A stretch of 64,000 nucleotides of DNA from Phoronis australis. Taxonomy: Eukaryota > Animalia > Phoronida. Both the position numbers and the translations under genes were made by a program. This document shows positions 63,101 to 64,000 of the stretch, piece after piece; position 1 is the first letter of the stretch, and every line of letters begins with the position of its first letter. The stretch spans positions 86,789 through 150,788 of the forward strand of contig NMRA01000145.1 in NCBI GenBank assembly GCA_002633005.1, given 5' to 3'. The notes beneath the pieces are model-generated. The model was not told the DNA's origin. It ran no database searches and saw nothing but the letters and a program-made list of their open reading frames with translations.

Positions 63101-63673
63101 AAGTGCACTTGCTACCATGGCAGTCAGCATACATCAAACACGCACTCAAATTAGAATGTTCAGGAAGTAAAGAGACAGAAGTCTGAATTTTTCGACAAAA
63201 ATCGGGCAAGATCCGTGAAATTTGCGATACCAGTCCATGTGGTTGTCTATGTTCCATGTCCGCTTGTCAACGGTGTATTTACGGAGGTATATGCAACACA
63301 ATGGGTCACAATTATGACCTCACCACCTTTTCAGTCAACAATTTTTACACCAAATCGGCATTCCTCAGATTTCACTTGGCCGCCAGGGTCTTTCAGGTTT
63401 GGTTACCTCAGATTTCATTTGGAAACATGCGATTTCTGTAAGCTCGACAAATGCGACTTAACGTTGAGCTAAGCATCGAGTGCTAATCAAACTGGTTCTC
63501 AAAATTGGGGCCCTATAAGTTGTAAGTGACAAGTGACTATGGCTAACTGAACAATGGCCATAATGTGACATAATGAACACATCAGTCACAAATAATATGA
63601 AGTACACAGACATCATTACCTTCGGTTCACCCAGACCGTCTTCTGATATTTTCTTCACACTGCTTTTTCTTGA
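45063..63673 (-). CDS. WDR90: WD repeat-containing protein 90 (POC16) orthologue, partial: 23 exons, open at both ends
   Basis: GT-AG exons with matching phases give PDPILRLKRITGFGG..ALWDHTGCTIVYPCHAVVV..RFFVGHTEKVSCLAL, AKAHTDVDI, GSDDGYLRLWPLDFS and GYNGNGRGNVIWSPDTGLFAYTSG..HVEEISTLA, colinear with vertebrate WDR90 as I recall it. Confidence 0.9.
45394..45468 (-). CDS. WDR90: WDR90 exon (LFAYTSGCLVIVEDLSTGEQKHLT)
   Basis: 75 bp, phase 1-1; matches FAYTxGxxVxVEDL. Confidence 0.9.
46701..46810 (+). repeat. Dispersed repeat, second copy at ~49471-49580
   Basis: agtgatgac.tgtcatggcagtagatga...ataagaatagacatg in both places. Confidence 0.75.
46820..46922 (-). CDS. WDR90: WDR90 exon (RRYTAPPNQAGLEIHSVFGYNGNGRGNVIWSPDT)
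   Basis: 103 bp, phase 0-1; GYxGNGRxNxxWxPDT motif; absent from the ORF track. Confidence 0.9.
47631..47807 (-). CDS. WDR90: WDR90 exon (ADPGCS...VFKHFKRKPVSQQLPQ)
   Basis: 177 bp, phase 0-0; KHF motif preceding the C-terminal WD40 region. Confidence 0.78.
48231..48409 (-). CDS. WDR90: WDR90 acidic linker exon (MRGLRMLMDE...TSTADE)
   Basis: 179 bp, phase 1-0. Confidence 0.75.
48960..49261 (-). CDS. WDR90: WDR90 low-complexity linker exon (GRNSVKEV...IDSG)
   Basis: 302 bp open frame, phase 2-1, fits flanking exons. Confidence 0.75.
49904..50043 (-). CDS. WDR90: WDR90 exon (VFIGHSEQISRVVFSPD...GDALFLW...)
   Basis: 140 bp, phase 0-2, WD40. Confidence 0.88.
50783..50911 (-). CDS. WDR90: WDR90 exon (VCNIHRGG...DKVIKVWDY...FQ)
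   Basis: 129 bp, phase 0-0, WD40. Confidence 0.9.
51223..51396 (-). CDS. WDR90: WDR90 exon (LMRIDIS...LDARSGKMLSE)
   Basis: 174 bp, phase 0-0. Confidence 0.88.
51504..51765 (-). CDS. WDR90: WDR90 exon (QHVGSVTG...AFVGPSEFTV...LDE)
   Basis: 262 bp, phase 2-0. Confidence 0.9.
52238..52377 (-). CDS. WDR90: WDR90 exon (LFDF...CGFENGCVRAFD...)
   Basis: 140 bp, phase 0-2. Confidence 0.9.
53514..53612 (+). repeat. Tandem repeat, 2 x 48 bp
   Basis: aaacatgagcatggtgacttgac.tcgacccacacatgtggagtg.cc occurs twice. Confidence 0.9.
53956..54120 (-). CDS. WDR90: WDR90 exon (GNLGMLDV...DHTIRLWD...LQQ)
   Basis: 165 bp, phase 0-0, WD40. Confidence 0.9.
54373..54443 (-). CDS. WDR90: WDR90 exon (HEGPVTTVNLSRDGMKILAGTLM)
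   Basis: 71 bp, phase 1-0. Confidence 0.87.
55055..55375. mobile_element. Palindromic MITE-like element in a WDR90 intron
   Basis: aaatacagaaaaactggaatttgcttacttgagt (~55106-55140) is inverted at ~55241-55289; outer ends uncertain. Confidence 0.55.
55538..55654 (-). CDS. WDR90: WDR90 exon (PGVAIN...GSDDGYLRLWPLDFSHVYLEA)
   Basis: 117 bp, phase 1-1, WD40. Confidence 0.9.
56094..56227 (-). CDS. WDR90: WDR90 exon (YVSSRSGHMFEV...KQTFSS)
   Basis: 134 bp, phase 2-1. Confidence 0.86.
56347..56437. mobile_element. Mini hairpin MITE (TTTTGAGAACCAGTT family), 8-bp TSD
   Basis: acttacagg.atgca..attttgagaacca inverted; TAAATTAT at 56339-56346 and 56438-56445. Confidence 0.6.
56543..56704 (-). CDS. 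WDR90: WDR90 exon (MISCGRDNIRVWRLR...)
   Basis: 162 bp, phase 2-2. Confidence 0.88.
56786..56895. mobile_element. Mini hairpin MITE (TTTTGAGAACCAGTT family), 8-bp TSD
   Basis: ~40-bp inverted arms; ATACTATG at 56778-56785 and 56896-56903. Confidence 0.7.
57335..57453 (-). CDS. WDR90: WDR90 exon (MVVVWNT...AKAHTDVDI...)
   Basis: 119 bp, phase 0-2. Confidence 0.88.
58324..58381 (-). CDS. WDR90: WDR90 exon (FSHSGGSLCGVGKDGHGKT)
   Basis: 58 bp, phase 2-0. Confidence 0.88.
59140..59285 (-). CDS. WDR90: WDR90 exon (VSCLAL...IVRVWRF...)
   Basis: WD40 repeat, 146 bp, phase 0-2. Confidence 0.9.
59660..59795 (+). mobile_element. tRNA-derived SINE head, related to the SINE at 35814-36021
   Basis: Box A TGGCCTAGTAGG, box B GGTTCGAATCC; shares acagtgtggc, tagac..tcgagt and aatataatgtg with the other SINE. 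Confidence 0.65.
59977..60087 (-). CDS. WDR90: WDR90 exon (ALWDHTG...RFFVGHTEK)
   Basis: 111 bp, phase 0-0, YPCHAV motif. Confidence 0.9.
60357..60675. mobile_element. MITE with ~55-bp TIRs enclosing a tRNA-like sequence (60420-60494, minus strand)
   Basis: tggtctgcacaccacctg..catcac.tgacctaatgaa is inverted at ~60620-60675; the inner sequence has D, anticodon and T stems (CCGGG-TTGGAGT-CCCGG). Confidence 0.75.
60971..61039 (-). CDS. WDR90: WDR90 exon (SLQPDPILRLKRITGFGGATYRE)
   Basis: Matches the WDR90 PDPxLRLKxxxGFGG motif; GT-AG. Confidence 0.88.
61342..62078. mobile_element. MITE with ~180-bp TIRs and an internal ~38-bp satellite array
   Basis: aatatgattataagtgggaacacct..tgatcaaccaaggct (from 61433) is inverted at ~61905-61990; about 10 units of ggacccatcatgatgggtcc plus AT-rich spacer at ~61525-61900. 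Confidence 0.85.
62113..62193 (-). CDS. WDR90: WDR90 putative linker exon (ISTHRVKLGLTPSVDIEKFKPGPKYTK)
   Basis: tttcag acceptor, gtgagt donor, 81 bp, phase 0-0. Confidence 0.55.
62845..63543. mobile_element. Longer member of the TTTTGAGAACCAGTT TIR family
   Basis: ggtaaaagtcatttacagggg..ttttgagaacca at left and aaactggttctcaaaattggggccct..aagtgacta at right; TSD not resolved. Confidence 0.5.
63620..63673 (-). CDS. WDR90: WDR90 putative linker exon (SRKSSVKKISEDGLGEPK)
   Basis: AG/GT boundaries, 54 bp, phase 0-0; no recognisable homology. Confidence 0.5.
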
Positions 63674-63742
63674 CTGATGATAGAGAACACATCATTAATT
63701 TTAATGTGTTTGAAAGTCATTTTGCACGGCCACAATCAATCA

Positions 63743-63945
63743 ACAAGAGCAACGTGGAGCACTGAAATGTACCCATGAATGCACCGCAAACGGTATGCCT
63801 CTAGGGGTGTTTAATTGGAACATATAAATGGCCACTAGATGAAGTACAAGAGCAACGCAGAGCGTTGAAATGCGCCCACAATTGCACCGTATACGGTATC
63901 CTTCTAGGGTTGTTTATTGGTACCATAAAGTGGCCAGTAGAGGGC
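63743..63945 (+). repeat. Diverged tandem repeat, 2 x ~103 bp
   Basis: acaagagcaacg...tgaaatg...tgcaccg...acggtat...tctaggg...tggcca.tag occurs twice. Confidence 0.8.
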
Positions 63946-64000
63946 ATATATGTAGTATGTTGCACTTTGCAAAATGGAAAGGCATGGTCATTGTCTCCTC

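Overview
AT-rich eukaryotic (metazoan, probably marine invertebrate) genomic DNA; no prokaryotic features. The + strand of 1-44 kb holds a tandem cluster of seven single-exon class A (rhodopsin-type) GPCR ORFs: six paralogues of one orphan subfamily plus one divergent receptor. The - strand of 45-64 kb carries 23 phase-consistent exons of a WDR90 (POC16) orthologue. Its last visible exon (45063-45109) ends at a GT donor partway through the C-terminal WD40 region, and I found no further exon down to base 1. The whole GPCR array therefore appears to sit antisense inside one >45 kb WDR90 intron. Intergenic DNA is rich in non-autonomous transposons. These include a three-level hAT nest, two copies of a hAT-like element with 5-bp target-site duplications (TSDs), a Kolobok deletion derivative, a Mutator-like element, tRNA-derived SINEs, a tRNA-carrying MITE, a MITE with an internal palindromic satellite, and LINE relics. 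Several TSDs are confirmed by empty sites in duplicated segments of the same window. A single N at 27954 is followed by a ~1 kb near-duplicate of upstream sequence, possibly an uncollapsed haplotype. All alignments and translations were done by eye.
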